Virus record (IMG/VR): IMGVR_UViG_3300020473_002200
Span: 124,265-188,264 of that record
DNA: 64,000 bases
DNA from: a virus
Direction: 5' to 3' (one strand)
Positions 40,839 to 50,232 of the stretch are shown one piece after another. Position 1 is the stretch's first letter. Every line of letters starts with the position of its first letter. The notes under the pieces are model-generated. The model was not told where the DNA came from and searched no databases. It was given only the letters and a program-made list of their open reading frames with translations. Both the position numbers and the translations under genes were made by a program.

Positions 40839-41282
40839 ATGGCAACAACAGTTACAAAAACGACTTTCACTAGTAGAATTTTGGAATCGATCACAATCAA
40901 TGGCCAGCAACAGCAGGTTTATACAATGCTTTCAATCCCAAATGTCACCGACTATAGTCATAGAATTATGTCTGTAGCTACGACTGCCACAACTCTTCTA
41001 ACTCTCGCAGCCGCCGACGCGGGCGGTGCCATTGACAAAGTAAGAATGCAATACGTTAGACTAACTAACTTAGATGACGCCAATGATATTCAATTAACAT
41101 TTACTCTTACAAGTAGTCATACTTACGAAGTTGTTCTAGGTCCAAAAAAGACCCATATGCTAACCCATAAGCAAGGTGACGTAACTACGGGTGGTGATGT
41201 AACCCTTGAAGACATTGTGTCGATTAAGGGTACAGCGTCAACAGCTGCAAGCGATTTAGAGATATTTACTGTTTCCACTTAA
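40839..41282 (+). CDS. Thr-rich hypothetical protein (possible structural)
   Basis: AGGAGG SD; beta-rich. Confidence 0.5.
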   Translation: MATTVTKTTFTSRILESITINGQQQQVYTMLSIPNVTDYSHRIMSVATTATTLLTLAAADAGGAIDKVRMQYVRLTNLDDANDIQLTFTLTSSHTYEVVLGPKKTHMLTHKQGDVTTGGDVTLEDIVSIKGTASTAASDLEIFTVST

Positions 41283-41346
41283 CATTAATGTATATGTAAA
41301 ACTATAATTCCAGATATAGAATCATTAATGATATTGGAGCACCTTA

Positions 41347-42795
41347 ATGAAAAAATCTAGAATTGAATTACGTGAAATAGCAATAAAAAAAGAGCGCGCG
41401 ACGCCACTTCCGTCTGGGGCATTAGTCGTTGAGACAGGTGAGCATACTGGAAGATCTCCCAATGCGAAGTTTATAGTAAAAGATGATAGCGTTAAAGATA
41501 GTATAGATTGGGCATATGTAAGGGGTATGGACCCAAAGGTGTGGGAAGAAATAAAAGGGGATTTTTTCGCTAGTGAAAATTTTAAGAAGGGTTTATTCGA
41601 ATCTTCTGTTTATGCCGGCCATAAAGATTTTGGAGGGATTAGCGTTAAGATTCATTGCGAGCTAGCTTGGCATTCAATCGCATCATTAAACATGTTCCAA
41701 GAAATTGATGATTGTGATAAATACGATTTTTCTCTTTATTATGTACCGTCATTTACCGCAGAGCCTTTTGTATTAATTTCTTTTGAGGATGGATTAATAA
41801 TAATTTCTGGTACACAATACGCAGGAGAAATGAAGAAAAGCGTATTCACTATTTTAAACCATATATTACCAGAAGAAAATATATTTCCGATGCATTGCTC
41901 TATTAATTTAGACTCTAATCTAGAAAGCCCAACGGTGTTTTTTGGATTATCTGGAACCGGTAAAACTACATTATCAGCAGATTCAAATAGGAGATTAATT
42001 GGTGATGACGAACACGGTTGGTCAAGTTCGGGTCTTTTTAATTTTGAAAATGGTTGTTACGCAAAGGTCATAAACTTAAGCCAAGAGGACGAACCAGAGA
42101 TCTGGTCAGCATGTCAAAAAGAGGACGCTGTTTTAGAGAACGTAGTTTTAAAAGGCGATGGTACCTTAGATTTTTTTGATAATTCAAAAACAGAAAATAC
42201 AAGGGCGTCATATCCAATATCATATATTGAAAATTCTGTCTCAAGTAAAAGCACAAAGCTCCAGCCCAAAAATGTTATTTTATTGACGTGCGATGCATTT
42301 AGTGTACTACCAGCAGTGGCAAGACTAACACCGGAAGAAGCGTGGAAATTTTTTATTATTGGATATACTTCTAAAATCGCTGGAACAGAAAAGGGGATAA
42401 ATGAGCCAACAGCAACATTTTCACCTTGTTTTGGATTACCTTTTATGACAAGAAAACCAAAAGAATATGCAGATATGTTAAAGAAGAATTTAGAAAATTC
42501 AGATATAAATTGTTGGATGCTAAATACCGGGTGGAATAGAGGACCCTATGGGGTGGGAGAGAGAATTTCTCTAGAAGACACTCGAGATATCTTAAATAAG
42601 ATTTATGATGGTACATTGGCAAAACTAAAGACTTTTGAACATAGCTACACAGGATTGAATATTCCTTTAGATGTTACAGTGGACTTGACATTATTGAAGC
42701 CGGAGCTGGGGTGGAATAATATAAAGGAATATGAGAGCGTATGTGGCAATTTGTTGGATAATATGCGCAGCGTATTGTCAAATTTAAGCATTTAA
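41347..42795 (+). CDS. pckA: Phosphoenolpyruvate carboxykinase (ATP)
   Basis: HTGRSP, YAGEMKK, FGLSGTGKTTLS, LIGDDEHGW, FENGCYAK, TENTR. Confidence 0.93.
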   Translation: MKKSRIELREIAIKKERATPLPSGALVVETGEHTGRSPNAKFIVKDDSVKDSIDWAYVRGMDPKVWEEIKGDFFASENFKKGLFESSVYAGHKDFGGISVKIHCELAWHSIASLNMFQEIDDCDKYDFSLYYVPSFTAEPFVLISFEDGLIIISGTQYAGEMKKSVFTILNHILPEENIFPMHCSINLDSNLESPTVFFGLSGTGKTTLSADSNRRLIGDDEHGWSSSGLFNFENGCYAKVINLSQEDEPEIWSACQKEDAVLENVVLKGDGTLDFFDNSKTENTRASYPISYIENSVSSKSTKLQPKNVILLTCDAFSVLPAVARLTPEEAWKFFIIGYTSKIAGTEKGINEPTATFSPCFGLPFMTRKPKEYADMLKKNLENSDINCWMLNTGWNRGPYGVGERISLEDTRDILNKIYDGTLAKLKTFEHSYTGLNIPLDVTVDLTLLKPELGWNNIKEYESVCGNLLDNMRSVLSNLSI

Positions 42796-42838
42796 ATTTA
42801 ATTGAAAAACTATTAATAAACAAATATTATTTTTTTAT

Positions 42839-43003
42839 ATGGAAATACAACCAGGCGATATTGTTAAGAATAAAGATGGAAGGGTCGGTATTGTTTTAAG
42901 CATTGATGAAAAAAAGACACCAGAAAGGCGTTGTTTGGTTCTTTTAAGGGGAAAACCAGCTAATATTTTATTGAGAAACTTGTTTAAGGTTGATCGACGT
43001 TGA
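42839..43003 (+). CDS. Small KOW/SH3-like protein (54 aa, not in ORF track)
   Basis: MEIQPGDIVKNKDGRVGIVLSI... Confidence 0.5.
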   Translation: MEIQPGDIVKNKDGRVGIVLSIDEKKTPERRCLVLLRGKPANILLRNLFKVDRR

Positions 43004-43313
43004 TGCCTTCCATACAATACGAAAAGCATTCGTATATTCTGTTTGCGTAAGACACACAATAAACGTCATAAAGATCCCATTTTTCTTTTTTACTAAAGCT
43101 AAGAGGGCGTCCCTTCTTGGCGACCACAAGAAGAGTTTCATCTTTAAATAATTTGCTATATCCCCTAAAGTCATTCCAGCCTGGATATGATTCAATATCG
43201 ATTTTTTCATATAGCTTAATAAAATCACCTTCGGTGGGCGCAAGAACAAGGCTTTCAGGACTAACACTTTTATTAAAGTTCAGCTTTACTAATGTCCCGG
43301 GTATTAGAATCAT
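42984..43313 (-). CDS. Hypothetical SH3-like protein
   Basis: MILIPGTLVKL...; fills the gap between + strand genes. Confidence 0.45.
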   Translation of the reverse strand: MILIPGTLVKLNFNKSVSPESLVLAPTEGDFIKLYEKIDIESYPGWNDFRGYSKLFKDETLLVVAKKGRPLSFSKKEKWDLYDVYCVSYANRIYECFSYCMEGINVDQP

Positions 43314-43759
43314 ATTTTGAAAGGCAAGCTATGGTAAGTACTAAGGAATTTCTTAAAATTGTAGAAAACGCTAATAGATGGAAACATGATATTAATTATA
43401 GCGTGAATCCACTAAAGTATGAGGTAACAGATGATTGCGGTGGTATGTACACATGTGAACCATATAAAACAAAGTTATTAAAACTTTGGCGCTTTTCAAC
43501 ACCGGCTGCCTCAAAGGAAAGCTCTAAATCAATTAAAGGTATGTTTTTTGATTATCTAAATGAAGGTGATTTCGTTGGGGCAGACCTGGCTCTAAAGTAT
43601 TTACGTGCTGGATCCATTAGAGATGCAATTCCAAAGAAGTCTAAAAAATATTTTAAGTTAGCCTACAAAGAGATTAAAGATAATATAAAGTATTTTTCTT
43701 TAAGAAAAGAATTTGAGAAAAGAAAAAACCAAGAGCAGGAGCGATATGGAGAAAGGTGA
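43292..43759 (+). CDS. DUF4385-like protein
   Basis: EPYK..LL.LWRF.TP..SKESS...F..YL...DFVGADLA.KYL pattern. Confidence 0.55.
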   Translation: MSRVLESYFERQAMVSTKEFLKIVENANRWKHDINYSVNPLKYEVTDDCGGMYTCEPYKTKLLKLWRFSTPAASKESSKSIKGMFFDYLNEGDFVGADLALKYLRAGSIRDAIPKKSKKYFKLAYKEIKDNIKYFSLRKEFEKRKNQEQERYGER

Positions 43760-43943
43760 TCTAGTATTATTTCGTAATAGTGCTAATACTATGCCAAGCG
43801 CTTCAGATAACGTTGGTTTAATTATTGAGGTACAAGCCAGGGGTCCGGTGCCAGGAGCATATGTTCTTTGGCCGGATGAAGAAAGAGCGGAATGGATAAA
43901 AATCGAAAGCCTCGTAAAAGTTGAAGCGGTCGTTTCTCGATAG
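43746..43943 (+). CDS. Small KOW/SH3-like protein
   Basis: MEKGDLVLF...VGLIIEV...YVLWPD. Confidence 0.5.
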   Translation: MEKGDLVLFRNSANTMPSASDNVGLIIEVQARGPVPGAYVLWPDEERAEWIKIESLVKVEAVVSR

Positions 43944-44562
43944 TACACCCCAAGGTGTCTCTCTCGAATCGTCCACTATATTTATAGGCGCCCAACAAAA
44001 GGGTGAACAGGAGGTCAATGTTGAATTGGCAGGCAGCGATTCCGATAATAGCGTTAGGGATAATGCTAAGCATAATACTACTCAAGGCGGTAGGGATTTA
44101 AACTACGACAAGCCTATTGAAGTACTTACGGAGTGGTTGGGAGAAATGGGGTGGACGGTACAATGGTATTCCTCGGGTGATCACATAGATGCCGCCACTC
44201 TCGCTACTCGATTAGTTACAATAAACAAACGTCAAATCCCACGACATCGCTACTATTCTCTTCTACACGAGTGCGCCCACGTCGACCTCCTGGCAGGCCC
44301 TCCAGAGACACGAAGCGGAGAACCCCATGGTTACCTTGACTTGTGGTACGCAACCGTCAACGAGAGGACCCTGCGCCACCGTGTTGCCGTTGTTATCGAT
44401 GAAATTAAAACATGGGAACACGGAATCAAGCTGGCGCATAAATTGGGCCTAGGCGTGGACAAGCTAAAATATATGGATTTTAGAAATCGTAATCTGAAAA
44501 GCTACTTCGAGTGGGCTCTTGAAAGAGATGATGAAGACGTAGATGGAACCCAAGGTAGGTGA
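43921..44562 (+). CDS. HExxH metallopeptidase-like (ImmA/IrrE-like) protein
   Basis: LLHECAH, downstream E in DEIKTW; true start uncertain. Confidence 0.5.
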   Translation: MKRSFLDSTPQGVSLESSTIFIGAQQKGEQEVNVELAGSDSDNSVRDNAKHNTTQGGRDLNYDKPIEVLTEWLGEMGWTVQWYSSGDHIDAATLATRLVTINKRQIPRHRYYSLLHECAHVDLLAGPPETRSGEPHGYLDLWYATVNERTLRHRVAVVIDEIKTWEHGIKLAHKLGLGVDKLKYMDFRNRNLKSYFEWALERDDEDVDGTQGR

Positions 44563-44749
44563 AATATGGCAATGGCATCGTGATGACTCTGGATGTCAAG
44601 AGATCTATGGGCCCGGAATTGTTATGGGAATTAAAGAGGGATATGAGTATAATAGCCAAGAGTATTTTGTCACATTCCATTTTGCCAATAAAGGGATCAT
44701 GAATATCCCGATCCCAATGGTTAAAAGGTTCATGTACTTAATAACTTGA
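44543..44749 (+). CDS. Small KOW/SH3-like protein
   Basis: MEPKVGEIW...GIVMGI. Confidence 0.45.
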   Translation: MEPKVGEIWQWHRDDSGCQEIYGPGIVMGIKEGYEYNSQEYFVTFHFANKGIMNIPIPMVKRFMYLIT

Positions 44750-44802
44750 TTGAAAACTTCACTAACTACAATTATAATTTCTAAAAGAAAGGAAACCTCC
44801 CT

Positions 44803-45429
44803 ATGAAGAAATTTGGTCTGATTGTAGCTGATCCACCTTGGAGTTTTAACGACAAGCTTAAGTATGAAAAGCAGGACGCGACGGTCCGCGGAGCGGACAT
44901 GATGTATCCAACGCTATCGATTCCTGCTATAGCCGACCTGCCGGTTGGAGAATTGGCCGCTGAGAATTCGCTGCTAGCCCTCTGGGTCCCTTCAAGTCAC
45001 CTAACCAATGGTCTAAAGGTTATGGAGGCCTGGGGTTTCACGTACAAACAGCTATGGATTTGGGCGAAGACACAAAAGCATGATCGGAGTAAGCTTGCAT
45101 TTGGGATGGGTCGCCTGGCTCGCAACTGTCATGAGCCTTGCCTGATCGGCATTAAGGGTAAGTACACAAAGGAATTGGCAAACCGAAGCCAACGTAATGT
45201 ATTCCTACATCCGTCTCTTCCGCATAGTAGCAAGCCAGAAGATCTCCAAAATAGTCTAGACACCATGTTCCCCGAGCGGGCTGGTCTAGAAATTTTCGCG
45301 CGCCGAGCAAGGCTCGGATGGACATGTATTGGAAACGAGTCGCCGCAAACGATGGGTGAAGATGTTCGGGATAGCCTGAAGACTCTTTTAGAAGGTAAGC
45401 CTATCGAAGACGATCCGCTACCATGGTAA
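44803..45429 (+). CDS. MT-A70 family N6-adenine methyltransferase
   Basis: IVADPPW, LALWV, AWGFTY, HSSKP, LEIFARR..GW...GNE. Confidence 0.9.
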   Translation: MKKFGLIVADPPWSFNDKLKYEKQDATVRGADMMYPTLSIPAIADLPVGELAAENSLLALWVPSSHLTNGLKVMEAWGFTYKQLWIWAKTQKHDRSKLAFGMGRLARNCHEPCLIGIKGKYTKELANRSQRNVFLHPSLPHSSKPEDLQNSLDTMFPERAGLEIFARRARLGWTCIGNESPQTMGEDVRDSLKTLLEGKPIEDDPLPW

Positions 45430-45442
45430 TTGGATAAATTTA

Positions 45443-45850
45443 ATGGTTGAGGAATTTAAAAGTTTCAGAAAGTGCGGGCAATGTACTGTCTGTTGCGTTG
45501 AACTTGAAATTCCTGTATTACAAAAACCAGCGAAGCAACGATGTGATAAATTAACACGAACCGGTTGTAGCATATACGCTGATAGCCCGAGCGTGTGTAA
45601 GGGGTTTCAATGCGTTTGGTCTGAAAAAATGCTACCTAATTCAGCTCGGCCTGATAAGTCTGGAATATTTGCATATCGTCATGACTCACAGTGGGGACCA
45701 GCTCTTTCTTTAGTCGAGTTAAGGTCTGGCGCATTTATGAGAAACGCTAAAAATATTAATAAGCTTCAGGTTCTTGTTGATAGGAATGGTTGGGCTATGA
45801 TCATTACAGACTCAAAAGGGCAACAGGCTGCTATGGTACCAGAAGAATAA
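45443..45850 (+). CDS. YkgJ/UPF0153-like Cys-cluster protein
   Basis: CGQCTVCC...C..L...GCSIY...P..C..F.C.W. Confidence 0.7.
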   Translation: MVEEFKSFRKCGQCTVCCVELEIPVLQKPAKQRCDKLTRTGCSIYADSPSVCKGFQCVWSEKMLPNSARPDKSGIFAYRHDSQWGPALSLVELRSGAFMRNAKNINKLQVLVDRNGWAMIITDSKGQQAAMVPEE

Positions 45851-46155
45851 TGAAAAAAACAAAAAAGAAACCTGCAAAGAAACCTGTTAGAAGAAAAAAG
45901 TCGAAGTCAACGACCAAGCGTGTGCCGTCTATTTTAGAGTACGCAGGATATGAAATTGGTCAAGAGGTTTGGGTTCGAACTGATCCTTACGGAACAGAAG
46001 AGTGGGCATTCGGTACCATACTGGAATTTCATCCAACAGATACTACTGAGCCCTCATTTTCATTATTTGATAAAATCAGAAAAAGATTCGCTGTAGGTGC
46101 TATTTCAAAAATTGCAGAGTCTCCGCCCAAGAGATGGATGGGGAAGCTAAGGTAG
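45850..46155 (+). CDS. Hypothetical protein (basic N-terminus, SH3-like)
   Basis: TAATG coupling; YEIGQEVWV. Confidence 0.45.
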   Translation: MKKTKKKPAKKPVRRKKSKSTTKRVPSILEYAGYEIGQEVWVRTDPYGTEEWAFGTILEFHPTDTTEPSFSLFDKIRKRFAVGAISKIAESPPKRWMGKLR

Positions 46156-46448
46156 TGAAAATACCACCAGTTGGCTCTATTTATCGCTTATTCAATCGTA
46201 GAAAGCGATCCATATTTATAAAAGGAGGTGAAGGATTGCAGGAACTACCTTTTAAAATTAACGATAGAGTACGTTGTCGTGGGTTTGAAGGTAAACTGTA
46301 TCCCGGAACCGTTTTAGAATGTAATTGGACGAATGCAGGATACGCTCGTTTTATTTTAGTGAGAGTAAAGCTTGATAATATCAGGGGAGAAACTCGCGTA
46401 AATTGGAGCTTATTTCCTGATCGCGTTTGTTTGTTAAAGGAGGAATGA
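46134..46448 (+). CDS. Hypothetical protein (SH3-like)
   Basis: FKINDRVRC...GTVLE. Confidence 0.4.
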   Translation: MDGEAKVVKIPPVGSIYRLFNRRKRSIFIKGGEGLQELPFKINDRVRCRGFEGKLYPGTVLECNWTNAGYARFILVRVKLDNIRGETRVNWSLFPDRVCLLKEE

Positions 46449-46708
46449 TGTCTTCTGAAGTAAAGAATGCTGAGGTTTTTGATTTTACCGCACATAGAAT
46501 GCGTAAAGTTATTCTCAATACAAAGAGAAACCCAAAGAAAACCCAGGCCGAAGTTAAAACATTGGAAGCATGTTTAGAGCTGTATCTCGCGCAGACAATA
46601 CAGATTAGTTGGGTTGATGGTGAACCCTATATGCAGTTACATGAATCAAGTGCGCTCGATGAAGAAGGTCTTAAGGAAAAATTCAGTCAGCTTATAAATG
46701 GAATTTAG
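46427..46708 (+). CDS. Hypothetical protein
   Basis: ORF with GGAGG upstream of internal Met. Confidence 0.45.
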   Translation: MFVKGGMMSSEVKNAEVFDFTAHRMRKVILNTKRNPKKTQAEVKTLEACLELYLAQTIQISWVDGEPYMQLHESSALDEEGLKEKFSQLINGI

Positions 46709-47048
46709 TATGCAAAAGGGCGCATCCCTTCCACCAGATTATGAGACAGACCCATGGGTTGCTGCTTTCATTTGCGAACTGCATGCAATGTTCGGGACTC
46801 CTGTAACTGGAACAGTCTGTACAAACAAGGAAGACAAATTACAATATTTATGGGCAAGGATTGGAATTGCTAATGCGTTGTCATTGCATGAAAATTTATG
46901 GCGTCCATTGAGGAAAAAAATTGATCCTCAAGTCGCTGCAGACGCATTTGCAAGAAGGTACCATATGATCACCAATAAGATGGTAGTTGAACAAGTGCCG
47001 TTTTTTTCCCCAAGGGGTGAAACCAAAGCTTTAGTTTCGCCTTCATAG
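46698..47048 (+). CDS. Hypothetical protein
   Basis: 116-aa ORF. Confidence 0.45.
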   Translation: MEFSMQKGASLPPDYETDPWVAAFICELHAMFGTPVTGTVCTNKEDKLQYLWARIGIANALSLHENLWRPLRKKIDPQVAADAFARRYHMITNKMVVEQVPFFSPRGETKALVSPS

Positions 47049-47068
47049 TTAAATGACCTAGGAGCTTT

Positions 47069-47362
47069 ATGAATTTTTCTAGAAAATTAAAAAGAAATCA
47101 AATGAAGAAGCAATTAAAAAACCTTAAAAAGGTGTCAAAAGGCATAACGAAAAGAATGGATTCGTTAGGCGATAACTGTAGAGCATGTGGAAAAGAGTTT
47201 GACAATAGAGATTCAGAAGCTTTAGCTTCATGGGTTGTTTATGTTGTTGATGGCGATCCTAGACTTATTTGTCCCGCCTGTAAGCAAAAGATAGACGAAA
47301 TGTCGAAAGAGGAGGAATTTGAAGATGCTAGAATTAACGCGCCAGGAGGCATCGAAACTTAA
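47069..47362 (+). CDS. Zn-finger-like hypothetical protein
   Basis: CRAC...CPAC. Confidence 0.5.
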   Translation: MNFSRKLKRNQMKKQLKNLKKVSKGITKRMDSLGDNCRACGKEFDNRDSEALASWVVYVVDGDPRLICPACKQKIDEMSKEEEFEDARINAPGGIET

Positions 47363-47519
47363 GTCAACTTTAAACTGGGTACTCGACGCAACGCTTGGCG
47401 GTCAAGAAGAAAAGATTATGATTGAAAGAATTAGAGATAAAATATCGAATATTCTTAAGTCAGATCCGAGAAGGCAAAATATTACGCTAGTTTTAAGCGA
47501 GGAAAATGAAGTTAATTAG
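47319..47519 (+). CDS. Hypothetical protein
   Basis: Coupled ORF. Confidence 0.4.
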   Translation: MKMLELTRQEASKLKSTLNWVLDATLGGQEEKIMIERIRDKISNILKSDPRRQNITLVLSEENEVN

Positions 47520-47805
47520 AGATAAGAAAATACAGCAAATGTCTGCTGGGGAATCTTATGTTATTAAAAAATTAACCAAGCCAGAGTTTATTCTGTATGT
47601 AAAAAAAGAAATTCCAGAACTATTTGCAGAAGCAGTTAGCCAAAAAAGTACAGAGAAATTTGCAGATATTTTAGAAATGATTAACAACGTTTGTGAGGTC
47701 CTTAATATGGACTGGTATGAGTGTTCTAAGATAAAATCTAATAAACGATGGGAGTTTGGAAAGTACAGCTTTATTGTCGCGGAAAAGACTGATTTAATTG
47801 ATTGA
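47506..47805 (+). CDS. Degenerate MazG-like (NTP-PPase) paralog
   Basis: KLIRDK...EKFADILE; lacks the EExxE acidic motif. Confidence 0.4.
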   Translation: MKLIRDKKIQQMSAGESYVIKKLTKPEFILYVKKEIPELFAEAVSQKSTEKFADILEMINNVCEVLNMDWYECSKIKSNKRWEFGKYSFIVAEKTDLID

Positions 47806-47971
47806 GCAACACTGTTTGTGACTCAAATACGAGATCCTCTTCATTATCTGGGTATTTAATTAAAAAAAGCCGGTCAGTTTCATTTTGTACTGTATATATT
47901 TCTATAATCCTAGCTGTACGATTGATTGAATTGATTATTATGTATTCATTTTCTTTTGCTCTAACGTACAT
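47771..47971 (-). CDS. Hypothetical SH3-like protein
   Basis: More protein-like than the overlapping + frame. Confidence 0.35.
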   Translation of the reverse strand: MYVRAKENEYIIINSINRTARIIEIYTVQNETDRLFLIKYPDNEEDLVFESQTVLLNQLNQSFPRQ

Positions 47972-47995
47972 GGCATTTATAAATATTGGAGAATT

Positions 47996-48223
47996 TTGAT
48001 GTTTAGTTATTTTTTGGTATCATATATTAGTCTAGTTATGACTAATGGCTCTATGTGCTTACCTGATACACCTATTATAGAAGAAAAAGCAAGTTCGGAT
48101 TTTATGCCGGCTGTTATCTACGCAGATCCTAATGAAGTAAGAGCTTTAGAGGCTGCCAATACTCAAGTCGAACTAGACTCTGGCGTTAAAGCAGATGTTC
48201 AAGTATTCATGGTTAAAAGATGA
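47996..48223 (+). CDS. Hypothetical protein with signal-like N-terminus
   Basis: 75-aa ORF. Confidence 0.4.
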   Translation: MMFSYFLVSYISLVMTNGSMCLPDTPIIEEKASSDFMPAVIYADPNEVRALEAANTQVELDSGVKADVQVFMVKR

Positions 48224-48355
48224 AAAGAGAGATAGTTACGAGCACTTGTGAGTGTTGTCAAATAAAAATGATCGGAGTATTATACAAGTCTATAAGTAAT
48301 GATCCATATTTATTTGAGTGTATTCTTTGCAACCCCAGGGAGTTCGAGCTAACTT

Positions 48356-48556
48356 ATGAATCAGATAGAAGTAGGGGATCTTGTAACTCATCGAATGAGC
48401 AAGGTTCAGTTATTCAATTTTGATATTCCACGAAGACCCAGTTCTTTACCTGGGATCGTTTTAGAGATAAATCACGATAAATTATTAATTTTATGGGAAA
48501 CCTATACAGAGTGGGTTGATCTTGCTTATTTATTAAAGATAAGCAGGGTTAAGTAG
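48356..48556 (+). CDS. Small KOW/SH3-like protein
   Basis: IEVGDLVTH...PGIVLEI...ILWE. Confidence 0.5.
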   Translation: MNQIEVGDLVTHRMSKVQLFNFDIPRRPSSLPGIVLEINHDKLLILWETYTEWVDLAYLLKISRVK

Positions 48557-49050
48557 TGAAAAAGAAACTATCAGTTTTTTTCTTTGAGGGCCTATTATTG
48601 AATTATCCAGAGGGTAATTTACGAGAAGAATGGCTAAAAGATCCAGAGTGCTTATATTACCCCAACGTTTCAGATATTCCTGGCCCAGATGCTTGGGATC
48701 AATTTGCTTGCTCGTTTTTTCGTCGTGAAATAAATGAATTGAAAAGTGATGTTATTTTAATGACTGGAATTGAAGCTCAAGAAAATAGAATAGAAAGTAG
48801 AATAAAGCAACTTATTAAATTTTTAGGTGTTGAAATTGACACAGTAATAAGAAAAGACCCAGGTGAAGAAACTTTTAAGTTTTGTATGTCTAAATTGGGC
48901 TATCACCTAAGTTGTATGAAGGACACAAAAGCTTCATATAATGAGATTAATTTATATCTAAATGATCTAGAACTAGCAAAGGATATAGCTGACTATATTA
49001 TTACTGAATTTTCTATCACTACAATTGTACATGATTTATACTCGAGTTAA
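48556..49050 (+). CDS. HAD-like protein with degenerate catalytic motif
   Basis: VFFFEGLL (cf. IFDFDDTL), ILMTG, LYLND. Confidence 0.4.
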   Translation: MKKKLSVFFFEGLLLNYPEGNLREEWLKDPECLYYPNVSDIPGPDAWDQFACSFFRREINELKSDVILMTGIEAQENRIESRIKQLIKFLGVEIDTVIRKDPGEETFKFCMSKLGYHLSCMKDTKASYNEINLYLNDLELAKDIADYIITEFSITTIVHDLYSS

Positions 49051-49084
49051 TTTTGGTATATATTTATTGAACACAGGAGCGAGT

Positions 49085-49606
49085 ATGAAAAGAAGATTAC
49101 GCGAGCAAGAAGTAGTTATAGTTCAAGCAGGCGAGGCTCATAATGAAGCCCTAGAGTCTTGTTTAGCACAGATAAATAGTATGTTAAGAGCTATGCACCT
49201 TTGGTTTCATGCAGCTCATAATACGGTTTATGGTATGCCTTTTATGGGTGATCATAAATTGTACGAAGAAATCTATGAGAATATCCAGAACGAAATAGAT
49301 GACTTTATAGAGCGCTCGATAGGTTTAACACGAAATCAATCTATGGGTTGCCCTATCAAGATTACCGCTGCAGCTGAAAAAATGTTGGCTGCATTACCCT
49401 CACCATCAGCTCTTGAGGGCTGTGGGATTTCTGAGACTGGTAGAGATATTGTGGAAGCCTATTTAGAGCTTTTAGAAATAACTTATGAGAAGCTAAGTGG
49501 CTCCGGCCATATGTCACTAGGGCTGGATGATCTAATGTCATCCAGCGCCAATACTCACGAAAGATATTTCTACCTCCTAAACCAAAGAGCAACAAAAAAT
49601 CGATGA
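49085..49606 (+). CDS. Ferritin/Dps-like protein
   Basis: HLWFHAAH...GDHKLYEEIYE....EIDDFIERSIG. Confidence 0.65.
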   Translation: MKRRLREQEVVIVQAGEAHNEALESCLAQINSMLRAMHLWFHAAHNTVYGMPFMGDHKLYEEIYENIQNEIDDFIERSIGLTRNQSMGCPIKITAAAEKMLAALPSPSALEGCGISETGRDIVEAYLELLEITYEKLSGSGHMSLGLDDLMSSSANTHERYFYLLNQRATKNR

Positions 49607-49764
49607 GTGAAAATTTTAAAGATCAAATTTCCGAAGCAGCAGAAAGATTGACTGCTGGCGCAAGCCCAAAAAAGCTCTTGGAAGAATATGCCACAAGACT
49701 AGATTTACATCATGCGTTTTTCATTGTAACTCAGGCTCAAATTCTTTCTAGAAAAGATAAGTAG
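49603..49764 (+). CDS. Small hypothetical protein (53 aa, not in ORF track)
   Basis: ATGA overlap with previous gene. Confidence 0.4.
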   Translation: MSENFKDQISEAAERLTAGASPKKLLEEYATRLDLHHAFFIVTQAQILSRKDK

Positions 49765-49768
49765 TTTT

Positions 49769-49797
49769 GTGTAATTTACCCCAGATTAAGATATAAT
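49769..49797 (+). promoter_or_regulatory. Putative promoter GTGTAA-N17-TATAAT
   Basis: Directly upstream of the structured intergenic region. Confidence 0.6.
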
Positions 49798-49803
49798 ATA
49801 AAA

Positions 49804-49960
49804 GTATTCAGTTGGAATACATGTAGTGCGTGCTTCTCGGTAAGAGAATATTATACGATAAAGGGAACCTAGTTGTGACGTTCCAGCACGCGGAGCGTTT
49901 CAAGATTCTCTAAAAATAGTAACAGGTGAACGAGTCGTTTTACTAGGAGCGCTCAAGTAA
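49804..49960 (+). ncRNA. Candidate structured RNA of unknown family
   Basis: Several complementary helices found by eye: 49804-09/49815-20, 49828-34/49885-91, 49835-38/49844-47, 49864-68/49880-84, 49893-901/49946-54, 49917-22/49940-45. Confidence 0.5.
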
Positions 49961-49983
49961 CCACCCATTTTTTTGGATAAAAT

Positions 49984-50232
49984 ATGCCACATAGACTCGC
50001 TCCAGATGATATAGGGACAGTTTTGGCAGAACTACAGGCTGGAATAATTCCTACAAGCATCTTTTTGAATAATCATATTGAAAAAAAAGACCCATTTGCT
50101 GGTATGAGCAAAGAAGAATCTAGAACAATGAAGAGAAAATGGCGTAAACTTAAAAAGAAATTTGGCGTTAAAAACAAATCTCTTACTCATCAAGCAGCCA
50201 CAGTGAGATTTCACTTAAGGAAAAGCAATTAA
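49984..50232 (+). CDS. Basic hypothetical protein
   Basis: 82-aa ORF. Confidence 0.45.
   Translation: MPHRLAPDDIGTVLAELQAGIIPTSIFLNNHIEKKDPFAGMSKEESRTMKRKWRKLKKKFGVKNKSLTHQAATVRFHLRKSN

Noticed and set aside
47802-47999. + strand 65-aa ORF
   Set aside because: It overlaps a more protein-like minus-strand ORF (47771..47971); low confidence either way
49804-49960. tmRNA, hammerhead or tRNA identity for the structured region
   Set aside because: Too short for tmRNA, no T-loop GTTCRA, no CUGANGA/GAAA core
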